From Lingula anatina (taxonomy: Eukaryota > Animalia > Brachiopoda), in contig CM120640.1 in the NCBI GenBank assembly GCA_051362555.1, positions 56,956,788 through 57,020,787 on the forward strand: DNA of 64,000 nucleotides, written 5' to 3'. Below the pieces are notes generated by a model. It made no database searches, was not told where the DNA came from, and saw only the letters and a list, made by a program, of their open reading frames with translations. Position numbers and translations under genes: made by a program. Below, piece by piece: positions 39,053 to 52,505 of this stretch (position 1 is its first letter; the number at the start of each line of letters is the position of its first letter).

Positions 39053-42032
39053 CACTGCACGTACAAGTAGGCCTAAGCATGACCGACAAAGTCTTGTAGT
39101 CAAAGGGTCGTTGCCCTCAGTATTCTTATTGGACAAAGAAATTGTTTCTGTACAAGTGACACAAAGCAAAACGATAACTGAGTCGATGAATGGCTAATTG
39201 ATATAATGGCAATTTGATATTGCCAATTAAGAAGCTCAATAACGAAATGGAATTCTAATCTAGCAAAACTGCTGTCAAAGGTTCAATGAACAGAGTTCTT
39301 AACACCGAAGGAATAAAACATATGTCTGTTGTATATTTATTGTACGTGGAAACATAAAAGAACAAACACTAACGGATTTATAGCTAACAATTCACGGTAT
39401 TGTTGATATCACATTATCTTTTAATCGGTGCTTTCATGAAAAAATAAACGGCCGATAATGAGGTACCGCAATACAATGAGACCATGCGTATCATGAAACT
39501 TACATAATAACTTTTATACGAACTTCCATCTTTTTCTATATTTTCTATTCTTAAATTTTTTTATTAATTTGTTAAATAAATGTACCAGTAGATTATGGAC
39601 TCACACCGTTGACAAAAGCTTGTTTAAAACTGACGCAAAATCAAAATTCAGGAGTTTTATCCACCGGTACACAGATCCACACTATGAAGTATGTTCGTTA
39701 AGTGTTTAGCTCTAGGTGCATCTGCAATATATACACCTTGACGTCACTGTGAAAGCCAAGCAGTAAGGAGACATCAACAACTATCATTAGTACTGTACAT
39801 TCGACTCCATTATTTCGGACGATTTGATTTTGAGGTTTTGCAGGCGTTGTCATATCCTTGCCAGTGTTTTTTCTTAGCACAACTTGGACGAGGTTACAGT
39901 TGACACCCAGACATTATGTTAAGGCATCTTATTTCTAGATATGAGTTGAAATGAAAAAGGTTTTAAAATTGCAAGCGTAGGTTTTTCTCCGAATGAAAAA
40001 GTATCTGCAGAAAACGAACCTCATTCCATCACCGTTTTCTTGTTTTGAACGACTACTGCGAGCCCTATTAGATTATAACAACCAGTCATAACGGCCAGGA
40101 CGTTGTAAATTAGATGCTATAGTTACATTTTGCTGTGGAATCAATATGGAGTTAGCTGAGGAAACTGCCATTATCTGCTAATTCAATTTGTTGCAGTAAA
40201 TGAAATTCAAGAGTTGGCCTTCAGTGGAAGTAAAATCCTACAGTATGAGAAACTGGAGGCCTTATCTCAGTAAAGTTTCAATAATGTACTTGCGTATTCA
40301 CCGATGGTTTGCAGGGGCGGATCCAGAGATATTTTGTGACAGGCTTCCGAATTATCTTTATTGATCCACCCTCCACTTTTGACCGTCTTCCGACAGAAAA
40401 TAATGAGACATGACTTTTGTTGTGTGCGTTACGTCACAATAGGTGAAAAATTTTGGCTGATGAAAAAATTGATTTTGATCTTCCTTACGGTTTTTTTCTT
40501 TCTAAATATAAAGTAAGATGTCTTGAAGCAGGGGTGAAAGAGAATGAGAGAAAGGCTTTGATTTACATTCGATTCTTGACGGGTTGGTTTTGAAGAGAGA
40601 CTGCCAGACAATGTTTGTTCAATAGATATTGGTATTGGGACTAACTTAAGAAAATATTCCAATCATTTGCCCCAGCCAATTTATTCTATCACCACAAATT
40701 GTCATTTGTCTCGTGATATTGTACAATGTTCAGTATCGAAAAATTAAGTCTTCATCTAAAGCTTGCTGTTGCATCGATAAAGGAGGGTTTACAGAACACA
40801 GCGTCCACAATAAACATAATGAATATTTCATTTTCATTTCATAGTCACACAATTTTAACAGAGTTTATTAACAAGAAAAGGCGTGGTTACAGAACACATT
40901 CACGAGTGCCTGTCATGAGGGACAGTCTTTACTTATAAGATTTTATTGATTTTTCAGGATAGTAAACGTTCTCTTTTTTATGTAGCTTTAATCCTTCAGC
41001 TGTATAACTTTTAATACAGTCTTAAACTTATTTAATTCTTACTGCTTTTAAAGTTTTTAACACAACGACGCTTTTACAGGGCAATTTATCCCCGATATTG
41101 TGTATAATATTTATTTATTGGCTAAAAATATTTATCTTACCAAGGGAAGCTCGAAGCAAACGCATTATGAACTCTCCCGTATAAAGCAATGGGTTAAACT
41201 TATTAAAATCAATATACAGGAACATGTACAAACCATACTAGTATACGCAGTCACGCACATTCATTGATATTTAGTCTTACTTGCTTAACTCGGTTTGACA
41301 TCCACAGAATGGGAGGCTGTCATGGTCTGTGGACAAAGTAAGATTCATTGCAGCTTTGAAGCGACTGCACCATGGCGATAACTCACATGACATGATGACA
41401 CGATGAAATCTGCCAAATGAAAAATATACCCTTTTTTAACGCCTTCTAACGACACAATTGTAGTTGAAGCATGATTTCCAACAAAATGTAGAAAAACTTT
41501 TCAAAAATAATTACTTCTTTCTCTTTTTTTTTTTTTGGGGGGGGGGGGTTACATCAACATCAACACGTATTGTACTATTTTAGGGAAAGTTCGTAAAAAC
41601 CGTATGTATGTTTTTGCACAGGTACACATAAAATGTGTACAGTGGTTGGACAGTGGTAGTGCTGTCCAATAACAAATGACCAGGAGTTCGTCCGCTTAGA
41701 TTTCACATTGTCCATTTTTTAAATTCAATGATTAAGATTGGAAATTTCACCAGGGCCGATGTTTTGACGGACATCTCTAAAAATTTCAGTTTTTATTTGA
41801 TACAGTTATAAAGTAAATTTATTGATTAACATTTTCTGTACTCAAGTATTGACCTTCAAAAGTGTTTGTGAAAGTTTTGTTTCATGCTTTGGAGCAGCTA
41901 GTTGACGTGTTAAACCAAAAAGCATCTTCCATAAAAAGCAATAGTAGAAAGCGCATGCGCTTTGATGTATCCTATTGTATTATTGTCTGCTTAATTCTTT
42001 CTCTTAATAAGCTGGGTATGTTCTCAAAGGGG

Positions 42033-42040
42033 TATAAAAG
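42033..42040 (+). promoter_or_regulatory. TATA box of BRICHOS gene B
   Basis: Canonical TATAAAAG 60 nt upstream of ACCATG. Confidence 0.7.
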
Positions 42041-42092
42041 GTAAGCGCCCGTGAGTATTTTTAAAACGCTTTAAAAGCTACCACATTGTACC

Positions 42093-44133
42093 ATGCGAGC
42101 TCTCCTAGTTGTGTATATTTCCTGGAGTTTTGCTTCAATTTGGGCAACTAAGGTAGGTGCATAAAGTACGGTGCCCTGACAGAGGTTTTAAACATGTCAC
42201 TAAGGTAGACGATAATCTGCCTTGATAAGGGTGGTGACAGGCACAACTAAGGTAAGTATTACTTTTTCCTCTCAAAGGTGCCAAAACATGAAACTGACGC
42301 ATAATGTAGACTCACTTTTTTCTTTCACAAATTAGAAGCAGCTTATTCTAAAATATTATTCAAAATAGCAAATGGGTGTTATGTTTGATAGAGACGGTAC
42401 TCATTGGCTATCAACGGCTGCCATTCTTGTGACTGGAATCATTTCAGATTGGCACCGACAGTCAAAGTAACGATGAACCATTTTAGTAAATGTTAAAATT
42501 CTACAAAATTCAGAATGCACAACTTTTGGAGGGAGATTCTAGGTGTGTGAAATATAATATGAAATATTATGACACAAAGAAAAGTCCAATATATTTCCAG
42601 AACAATGACAATAAACATGTTACAATGTTTTGTGGACAGTGTACGTCAAATAAAAAGAAGTATGTTTTGCATCTTTTATATGGCAGATATGTGAAAGTTA
42701 CTTATCAATGTAGTAAATCCAACAATTACAAAATATAAGTAGATTGGACGTCAAAGGAAACGTGGTAAACACAAAACAATAGCAGTTCCTTTAACATTGA
42801 TTTTGTATTCCAGAAGCCTGAATTCCAATTTGAGCGTAATGGAATCCACTACATTATATCTACATTTGACAGAGAGACGTACAGAATGGTGGTTACCATC
42901 CCAGAAAACTATCGAGACAACGACAAATCCATTATCATCCATGATTTTACCAAGGTAGGTGTACTTTATATTATTTGAAACCTGTGTCATCATTCTAATC
43001 TTACTTTAGTCATATTTCTATTTCGTTAGACCTGAGCAATTCGTACTGCTTTGAGCTTACCAATTTTAAATGCTATTGCATGCCTTATTTCATCGATACG
43101 TCTTGAAAATGTATTGGCTTTCTTGTGCCATCTGCTTTAATGAATTTTGTTCTCTTCACATTTGTATTGAACTTCTGTTGCATATTTTGAAATGTTTTGT
43201 ATAAGAAATTAGTGGTCCACTATGAAGAACACCTCCTTTATTCCAACATGAAAAGTTTCCATCAGTGATAAATAATTTATCAGATAAATAAACCAATTCA
43301 CAATCATTATTACATCTGTCGAAAAAAAGGCTTTCATGGAAATGTTCTGAAAGTACCTTAGCTGACATTTAAATATTTTACATTCATATGTATATATTTG
43401 AATTAAAAATTTTCAGAAGGTAACTATCTACAAAGATGTCACAGATTCAACTTGCTTCATCTCTCCCATATACGATGACGTCGTGGACAAAGGGCTGCTT
43501 TTTCTGAAAACAGTTAGGACCAAGGAAACTGTAAGTTCTTTTTGGAAAAAAATTGTGGTATTCAGGTGAGGCAGTTTTTTGTTGATGTTGCTGCTGTTGT
43601 AATGGCATGTAAGCCAACAAACAATCTTTTAAACCGACGTTGTGCACATTATACAGTAAATAGAAACTGCCTTTCCAATTCCTCGTGCGAAAGAGAAAGC
43701 GTTATCGAAACAACCTATGGTAAGAGGATTAAAGGTCAAGGGACGTTATGCATAGCTATGTTGATTCAGAAACATATTTGAATGTAGTAAAAGATAAGAA
43801 TATATGTTTTACAGTATATGATCTTTAACTTAAACATTCACAGCTTTCGCGATAAAATAATTAGGGACAAAATGATATAGGTTACTGTTTATCATACTGA
43901 GATTTCACTCCTAATTGCAGGTCGACTACTCCGATGTTTCAGTGCTTCTAGAGACAGTCGTAAAGATAAAACCAGAGAAACTAGGCTTATTTGGAACTAA
44001 AGTTGCAATTTGTCAAAATTCTGACACTTATCTCGTAAGTCGGCGAAAATTACCAACTTCTGCCTACAACAAGACTCCCATTGAGCTTGGGACAACATTT
44101 GTGAGGATTTTTGCAAAGATTACGCTAGAGTAA
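42093..44133 (+). CDS. Secreted BRICHOS-domain protein B, 175 aa
   Basis: Exons 42093-42152 (MRALLVVYISWSFASIWATK), 42814-42954 (..DKSIIIHDFTK), 43417-43530 (KVTIYKDVTDSTCFISPIYDDVVDK..) and 43921-44133 (..FGTKVAICQNSDTYLVSRRK..IELGTTFVRIFAKITLE*). All introns are phase 0. AATAAA at 44157. Confidence 0.9.
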
Positions 44134-44511
44134 ATCACGAAGACGGCATACTGTCTAATAAATGGATAACCCATCTTGTCATATTTATTTACATATGCAG
44201 AATGTTCCTCTTACGTCATATTTGATTAAAACTGAATGGATAAATCATGACATTATCAGTCATTTGTAATTTTTATATTGTCAACTATAATGGATTAGGG
44301 AGTGGATTGGAGAGCTTCGTCCTTATTTATTTATTTTATTTTTATTTTTACACATCTCAAATAACATACGCTTTGTGTACCACGGGGAAGCATGTCATGC
44401 AAAGGTTCGATGTAAGATGTAAGATCGCATCTTACTACAAACATATAACCGCCTTGCGAATAGTTTATCATTCAACATTAGTAAACATCAATTATACTTC
44501 GAATCTCTTAA

Positions 44512-45361
44512 AGCCTCAGTCACAACCAGACCCACGAATTTTAGGATCGTACGCCCCCTGCCAATTTTGGTTGCAGTAGAATCCGTGGAGTTCGTAGAGG
44601 TAGAGGAAAGTTTGCAATGAAATGGCACAAGTCTGCCTTGCGAATCGCAGGGGCCATATGAAATGTCCTTTCAAGAAGGGACGCTAATTGCAAAGTGCGA
44701 TGACCGTGGAAATTGTACTCCTTAACTCAGTTTGTCTTGCTACAGTACCTGCTTATGTGGTACACACTCACCACTTATGAAGAGAATGCAACGCACGGCC
44801 AAAGTAGTTCCCTTTTGCGTCACTTTTGCCTCACACTTGCCTCACACGCTTGTGATGACGTACTGACCGCTTACATCAGTTTTGCCTCCTGTTCTCCCCT
44901 TTTTTCTTCCTCCTCCCTTCTTTTTTCCGTGCTCTCTAAGCTTCTTTCTCTTGCCTTTTGGAGGCATGTTAGAAGCTGAATAGTGCAAATTTTTTAAAAA
45001 AATTGTTGTACACGTTGCACAATCGACGTTAATTGTCGAGAAACGAGCGTGCGTTGTGAACACGCCTTTTATACTCCTGGCATGGAGGTGACGCATGTGC
45101 GACGCACTCCCTCCGTGCTTTCGATTTTGTCCGTAACACACGTCTCACTTGAGAAATCCTTGCGAATGGAGCAAGTTACGCTTGCGGCCTCGCTGTTCGC
45201 AGATTATTCGTAGAATATTTTAGACGTGTCCAATACCCTCCGTACGTGCTTACGGAACTCCAAATTTTGCGAGAAGGACTTGTGTGGCACGTGAAATTCT
45301 GCGCAGAATTTGGACGCAAACAGGCCGTTAAGAGCCCGCACGGTCGGTTGTGACCGAGGCT
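44512..45361. mobile_element. Non-autonomous PIF/Harbinger DNA transposon
   Basis: TIRs AGCCTCAGTCACAACC ... GGTTGTGACCGAGGCT with a TAA target duplication on both sides. The GC-rich interior has a frameshifted basic N-terminus (MPPKGKRKK..) on the minus strand. Confidence 0.8.
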
Positions 45362-48205
45362 TAAATTTTGCCTTGGTAAGCCAAAGTACGGTTAATGTGA
45401 GCAAGGTTCAATTGCAATGTCTATCTCACTGAATTACGCCATACTCTTATTTTTGTTTTTTTTCTTTAGGTTTAACTTTCATCGGATTTGCCTGAACAAA
45501 GCAAAAAAAAAAAAGAAAAAAAAAAAAGACACTTATGTTAGAACTCACTTCCGGTAATGGAAAATGAGTATCAATCTTGTTTTCGTTGTTTGATGGTTTG
45601 CCCTACGTACAGCTTTTTCTTTTCAAAGGAAATCAATAATGCGTCCACCGTATCCGCCATCCTGCGTGCAGACACCAACAGTACATCAGTCATCCTTTGC
45701 GTCTTTTAAGACATGTCAGTACGGGCGACAGTCACCAGTGACATGATGAATCGTTTATATGGTGACGATTGGCGTTTTTTTTTTTTTTTTTTCAGGAGCA
45801 CAGAATTACTCTGCCAAAATGAAAGATTTGTGAAAAAGTTGCCTGTCGGTGAGATACATTTAAGTATATGCAAAATGAAACTGGTATTTACTTGGTCTAC
45901 AATTTTGGGACAATTAACATATGAGAAATGGAGAATTGCTAACTAAGTAAAACATTCTGAAAACTATACATTTAAAGGCAGTAATAACCCCTTAGTCTAC
46001 ATCATCGAATATTTGGCTTGACAAAAAGCTTACAGAAGTGTGAAAAACTGTGTGTTAATTAGACAGACATATAAATCAATCCCTGCTTTGTTCAGTTTCT
46101 GTTGTAAAATTTACATATAATAAGGTTCAATGGTGCAATGTTTGAATATGCCCTATACCGTTTTCTGTAAGGAGATTTGGATGCTGTTATACATGTGGCT
46201 ATATTTACGTTTACAAACAGGTTTGATCCAAGATAAAATCCTTTTATCATAAAATGATCAATGGTAAGCAAACACACGTTTACAATCACTGATTTTGGAA
46301 GAATTTCAAGAATTTATCATGACAAAGGTAGGCTGGACATCGTGTCGATTTGGATGACACGCCTTCGCATGTGGCGTGATTACAAGTTATCGATCCGAGA
46401 GTGGTGTCACTAGTTGTTTATATGGTTCATGCCGGCCGGATGAGCGCAATTATAACCCTAATTGTGGTAACAGTCACTTTAATTTTACCACGCGATCCTT
46501 CTTGGTTGCATGTTAGGTAAATAAACAAAGTTTCAATAGCCATTCCAGACATAAGGATTCTAATAGCTTACCGGTATTTAGCAAAATAATATTTTTCCAA
46601 TGTCATTGCTTACGCCATGAATATCAAAATGCAGTGAAAAGTCATAAATTAAAACTTTCAAAACTGATTTTATTCCACTGAGTTTTGATTTCAAAACAGC
46701 GAGACTGTTCGTCTCTCACATAAATCCCAAAATGATTTATTATGTTTCTTCTATTTCTTCCGTGTTCGGAATTCATATTAAGATTGATTAAAAGCTACTT
46801 ATTATCAACAGGATATAGATTCGTGTAAAATAAATCTCATTTAAGTTTCTTTTAAAACGATAGCGCTTAGCCGCCGAAACACATTTGGTGAAATACGACT
46901 TAATGTTATTAACATATGTGCAGTTTATTTATGGCAGTTGTAAAGATCAAAATAGAAACAAATTGACTTAATTACTTTCAAGGCATTCCTCTTGGTCTTC
47001 CACACCAGGTAACTGACATTGAAACGTGTGAGATAAGAACTAATCTCTACTACAATTACTTTTTTCCTTCTTCTGCCAACTTTGTTTCAGAACCACTACC
47101 ATAGGCCTAGATTGTCTCACTTAGGCTGCGAATATATATGTTCATTCTATGCCTTGGCGTGGAAGGCAAACATAAACATGCTAAACAGTACAGAAACAAT
47201 TCAAATATGTGTTCCTACGTCATTCTGGTTTTCAAAAATTAAGGAAACATAAAGTTTACATTATATACTATTTTGATTTTGATAAGATTTTTGATTTATG
47301 TATAATCTATATAAACGTTATTCATACATGTACACACACGCCGCCTTCTCGCTTAACACCACTGAATTCTCTCATTACCGACCACAGCATCCATACACGC
47401 ATAACATCACGCACTGTTCACGATTGTAATTCGAATACTTAAATAATTTCGACCAAGGTTAACTTAATCTCCGGTTTCGCAACAGTACATGTACAATGTA
47501 ATAGGCCTCGTATTGCCCTAGCTATCCTTCAAATCTGTTACCAACAATCAGCGCAAAAGATGAACATGAAAAAGAAAAAGAAATACCTTACAGGAGAATC
47601 AATCACTGTTGAGATACTCACGAAAGACCACAATGACATGTAGAATCTAATGATAAAATATTATTATTACCATAATTCCTTTAAAATCGTTATGTTATTT
47701 AAGATTAATTTCCTGCTGCGTCCATTTTTCTTCCGGGAAATATATCAAACTATTTTAATCACACAAACACTTTGTGTATTTGTCATTTTTCGTTAAAAAT
47801 GCGATAAAAACCCTAGCACTAGCACAATAAATAATTAAATATATATTAGTAGTGTCGCAATACAAGATGCGATTTGTCAGAACACTTTCTCAGTAGGCTG
47901 TCTAAATTTGAGATGACGTACAGCTGAAAGTCCAGCGCCGTCGTATCACAGCTTCATGTCTGTTGTGCTCCACAACATTTATATATATATAAAATGTATC
48001 TTTCTCTGTATATATATATCCTAATATAATGCTGTCTTCAAATCAGTGTACATATATTGAATGATTCTTTCAACATCCCGAACATCTAAAGTTTAATAGA
48101 AGAGGAATTAAAGAAATGGAAAAGTTCGATTAGAATATGTCATACATTTCTTCCGATGCAGGACGCGAAGTAACCTTCCTTGCTGAGTGCGGTGCCATTT
48201 TATGT

Positions 48206-49910
48206 CTAAAGTAATGGCGGATTACAGAACCTCAGCACATTGACAGCAAACTTGTCGAACTTCCTGGAAGAAGATGTTGACCGCTGGCAGGATTTTTCAC
48301 AATACGCAATATCATAGATGGTATAAATTGAAGTACATTCGTAGCATAATCCCAGGCAAACGTCGATCATCAGTTCTTCCGAAAAGATGGAGCGTTTTGT
48401 GATTCTCCGAGCCGGATGAAATGAGTCAATGGTCCTTAAATTGGGCTCTATTTCGTATGGCATTTTCTGTATCCGATCTCTTTGTTGTGGGATAACCCTA
48501 GAGACTGCTACTAACATTAAGTTCAGCAACACCAACAAAGTAACGATGTATTTCCAAGTTTTCCTACACTGAAAAATAAAAAAAGACAATTACTTAATCA
48601 TTCCTTGATAAGGTCAATTCCATTTTGTCAACCAAACAAATAATAAATGTAGAAATAAAAAACATAGCTATTCAATTATTCTTTCAAGAAATAAGCATAA
48701 AACAAAGTTTCTCCTCTGCTCATAACTTTTCTTAATTTACAGCGATACTACTACCTTCCAATGCATAGAAAATGCAACAAATGATTGTACTTGTTAACGG
48801 GATCAACTTTGGTGCATAAGTATATTCCCATTCTGAGCGATTTTAAAGTATGATGATACACAAAAAATACAAAGCAAACAAGACGTATCGTTTGTCCGTG
48901 GAAGAGACAATAGGAAATAAACCACCTCGATTACTTTTTACTGTTTCACTGATCAGTTACTGAGTGGATGCATTTATCGTGACTAATCAAGCTAACTTGG
49001 ACCTCTAGGTCGTCCCTGCGGCACTAAATCATTATTAAAAGCTAATCATCTAAATATGGCCAGAAATTGCTATTTCATATGAATAGTACACTGAAAAGTA
49101 TAATTTGTTAAACGGTCTTTGATTCCGTAATGGTGCACAGGTGGCGGGATAGGCGACGGACCAATCCTTCATGGGAATTTCATCACAATTTAAGTCTGAT
49201 CCACGCGTTTCTCGACATCAAATAGCGCTGTGAACTAACCCCCCTGGGCTCATAAATTGTCTATTAATTTTGTGAGCGTGTGTTTTGAAACATCAAAAAA
49301 AGTCCTTTGGCATTCTTTGCATTCATTCACAAACCACACTCCTAGTCGCAGCGGAAAAGCTGTAGGAGAGGACGGTAAACCAAGACATATCAGTTTAATG
49401 AAGAAAAACGAAAACATAAAAAGGATTCATTCTTTAGTTTAAATCTGCCCAGTACATTATCAATCTATAAATAAATATTAAGATTAATTACAATCACTAC
49501 TTAATTAGTAAACTCATGATGATATCTTTTATATACATGAGAAATATACTTGTAGAAGGTGAATTATCAAAATGCCATAATTGTTTTATTAACAGCGTGA
49601 ATTCTTTTAAAGATAAAGCGCGTCTGTAAGAGAGCAAGCATAATAGCATCTTACATGTACGTATCAAAATACATTTGATGGGAGTAAATATGAGCCAACC
49701 TGTCTTGCAATATACTGTAAATCGTACATTTTATTTTTAAATGATTCAGTCTCATTATTCTTTAATTCGAAGAAACTGTCTTGAAGAAATGACTTAGTAG
49801 ATAACATCTGTATTAGATCAGCACTTGATAAGATTCTCTCTTTAGATCTTAAACATTTGGTAAACACGGTATATGGTAAGCAAATAGTAATGATATCTTA
49901 CCTGAAACAT
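48206..49910 (-). CDS. Secreted six-cysteine prepropeptide P3 (eclosion-hormone-like), 123 aa
   Basis: Micro-exon ATG TTT CAG|GTAAG (49910-49902) plus exon 48568-48206. Signal MFQCRKTWKYIVTLLVLLNLMLVAVS, a propeptide, RRITKR, then CLGLCYEC-x11-CEKSC-x20-C containing FDKFA. Confidence 0.88.
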
Positions 49911-51049
49911 GGTTATTGGACAAATCCTATCAAAGCATTAAAAGAAACAAAAGCCACTGATGACTCTCTTATCTTCTAGTTTCTCTGGGAAATAGATTAC
50001 TATTTTCACCGTAACGCTGTTCTCTCCTTTCTTGCTGGAATCCTTCTGGTCTGTAATCTAGCATGTGTTCATTTTACATACCAAAGTCTAGAGCGGTAAT
50101 TATACTAAAATACAGGGGGCATGCCATATAGATTAATAAAATGTTGGTTGACGACAGCTGTCAGTCACTCTTTTCCATTTGTTAATTTTGGTTGCAGCAC
50201 AGTTAGAGCAACCGCAAAGACGAAGGCAATTTATGATGACGTGATGCTGTAAAGTTCACCACAGAGGCAACATTAATAAAGCTGGGGAGGGGGGGGGGGG
50301 GTGATACACAAGCCAACAACAACGTCGGCTTGTCTTGCTCTATTCCCGATGTTTTTATCTGTGAAAGTTCATCTTCTTTTCTATTCACTTAATTAAATGC
50401 GCGATTTTCTTCAGAGATAAGATGATAAATTGCAGCCCTGTGATTTGTACGAGTTCGCTGGAGCTATCTGTGATTGATATGATTAAGAATATGACTGCTC
50501 TCTATTATCTGTGGAACAAAGACGAGAGAGACACGAGAAAGCCATCAAATTTACCGTAATCTTAGGAAAAATTACATGTAAGTGGAGAGAGTGAGATAAT
50601 AATAAGTAGTATATCAGCTCCCCCCTCCTTCAAATCATTCCCAATTTCTTTTGCAATAAGCGTAAAGAATAAAACTGAGAAGATATTTCACGTCTTAGAA
50701 AATAGTTTTAAAATTTCTGTTTTGTAAAATAATTTATTTTCGTTTGAAAAAAACTTAATGTAGGATCACATCTGTCCCGTCCTCATTACCGCCATTTGAA
50801 TTCTGCTCCAAGGGCGTAAATAACTCACGATTTCTTAAATAACGGATATTATATTTGACCGCAATATATCACATTTAATTTGAACATCTGCGTTTCGTTA
50901 AATGGTGCGGGTGCCTTTTGACACGACGCAATGAAGCTTATGTTTGGTAGCCATCTACATCAATTGTGCTAGCTGTTCACATCTCTTCGTGTTTATTGGA
51001 GACGATTCTTAAATGTGGTGAACAGTACGTTAAACAGCATTCTTTAATA

Positions 51050-52505
51050 TAGTCCCTCTGAACAGAAGTGTGTACATGTATGAAATAAAAAAGGAAAAGC
51101 CACATAATTCCAATAATATTGTTAATCTTTATTTGTAAATGTTTTCAGCCATAGAAGCTCTTCATAATAACAGTTACTAAAACGACAGCCATTGTCACCG
51201 CAACAAGGGTAAAAATTCTGTTAACTGGTAACTGTGCTAGTACATGTGTAACTTATGTTTTTATAGTTACTGTGGGGCACTCACTTGACAGCGACTACGA
51301 AATTCAGAGGGTTAGATAAGAGAGGGTTAGACATCATTAAAACCAAACAGGCAAATTGGCAAGAAGAAGTGGTGTTAATACGCTTTCCTCGTAGAAAACG
51401 TTTCATGAAATGAAGAAAGTTGACTGCAACATTTAACTAGAAAAGTTCAAACCATGTTTCTGAGTTTACCATCAGAAGACGTCCGCACAACCGCCGTTAT
51501 TTTGACAGGGTTTTTGTTAAGAGACCAGTGATCACTGCCAGGAACCGTCTTCGTAGAGCCAGCTGGTATACCGGAACTTTGACATTGGCACCAGTCAAAA
51601 ACTGGGCAGCGATACTGTTGTCAGATGAAAGCAGGTTAAGGGTTGTCAGAATTTATAGACGCGTAAGGGTTTGGAGAACAGCTGGTAAGAAGTATCTTCC
51701 CAATTTTCTGCCTCTGGTCGACAGAACGCACCCCTCGTAAGTCATAGCATGGGATGTATTGGCCACTTCGCTGTAGGCGAACTGGCAGTGCTCAACGAAC
51801 CCATGCAATTAATACAGACCCACGCATCCAGGTTCTGGAACGGAACCCAAGGAGAGACCAGTTTCATTAGCTCTGTATGTATCAATTTAAATTATTGTTT
51901 TTCTTTTTATCAAGAGCTTATAAAATATGTGGGTATTACCTCCAATATTTCTGTGACTGTCAGTCATCATCATCAGGGAGTAAATGACTAGGGTCATTTC
52001 ACCTGCATTAGGGACATTGACCAACCATTTCTGTTCCAGCATGATAATGCTACTCCACGCACAGCCAATGCAACAGTAGGCTGGTTATATACGAACCAGA
52101 TCGACCCCCCCTCCCCCCATGACCAGCTATATTAGAACCTCATTAATAATGTGTGGGGTATCCTCGGAAATGGATAACTGAGAGATAACAGAAATGATCT
52201 CATGATAACTTTGCACCGTATGTGGAAAGTTACTACTTCACAAACATTACATAATTGTTTGGGTCCACGCAAAGACGTATCAGGTGCGTCCCCCAATCCT
52301 GAGGATATACTGTACAAAATACCCAAAAAACCAAAAAGTGGCTTTGATTTTTTACTGTGGTTAGCTTATTCGTTGTTTGTACAATATGTAAATTTTTGAG
52401 AAAATTCCTTTTCGAAGTTGAATAAAGAGCATTTGTTCATGACATGATTTTTTGTATCACTCTGCGCATTGCGTTAGGGTTGACACTTTTGGCTAGGGGA
52501 GTATA
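51050..52505 (+). mobile_element. Decayed Tc1-like transposon
   Basis: Frameshifted transposase fragments WAAILLSDESR..RVRVWR, WGCIG..AVGELAV, FLFQHDNATPRTA and NVWGILG. The probable right TIR is ACACTTTTGGCTAGGGGAGTATA; the left end is uncertain. Confidence 0.8.

Noticed and set aside
40312-40375. CAGGGGCGGATCCAG...GATCCACCCCT mini-element (similar ends at ~34028 and ~56578)
   Set aside because: Probably decayed hAT-type MITE remnants, but the boundaries and TSDs could not be established.
44842-45141. Lys/Gly-rich ORF as a histone- or protamine-like gene
   Set aside because: It lies inside a TIR/TSD-bounded Harbinger element, and the G/K run probably results from a frameshift.
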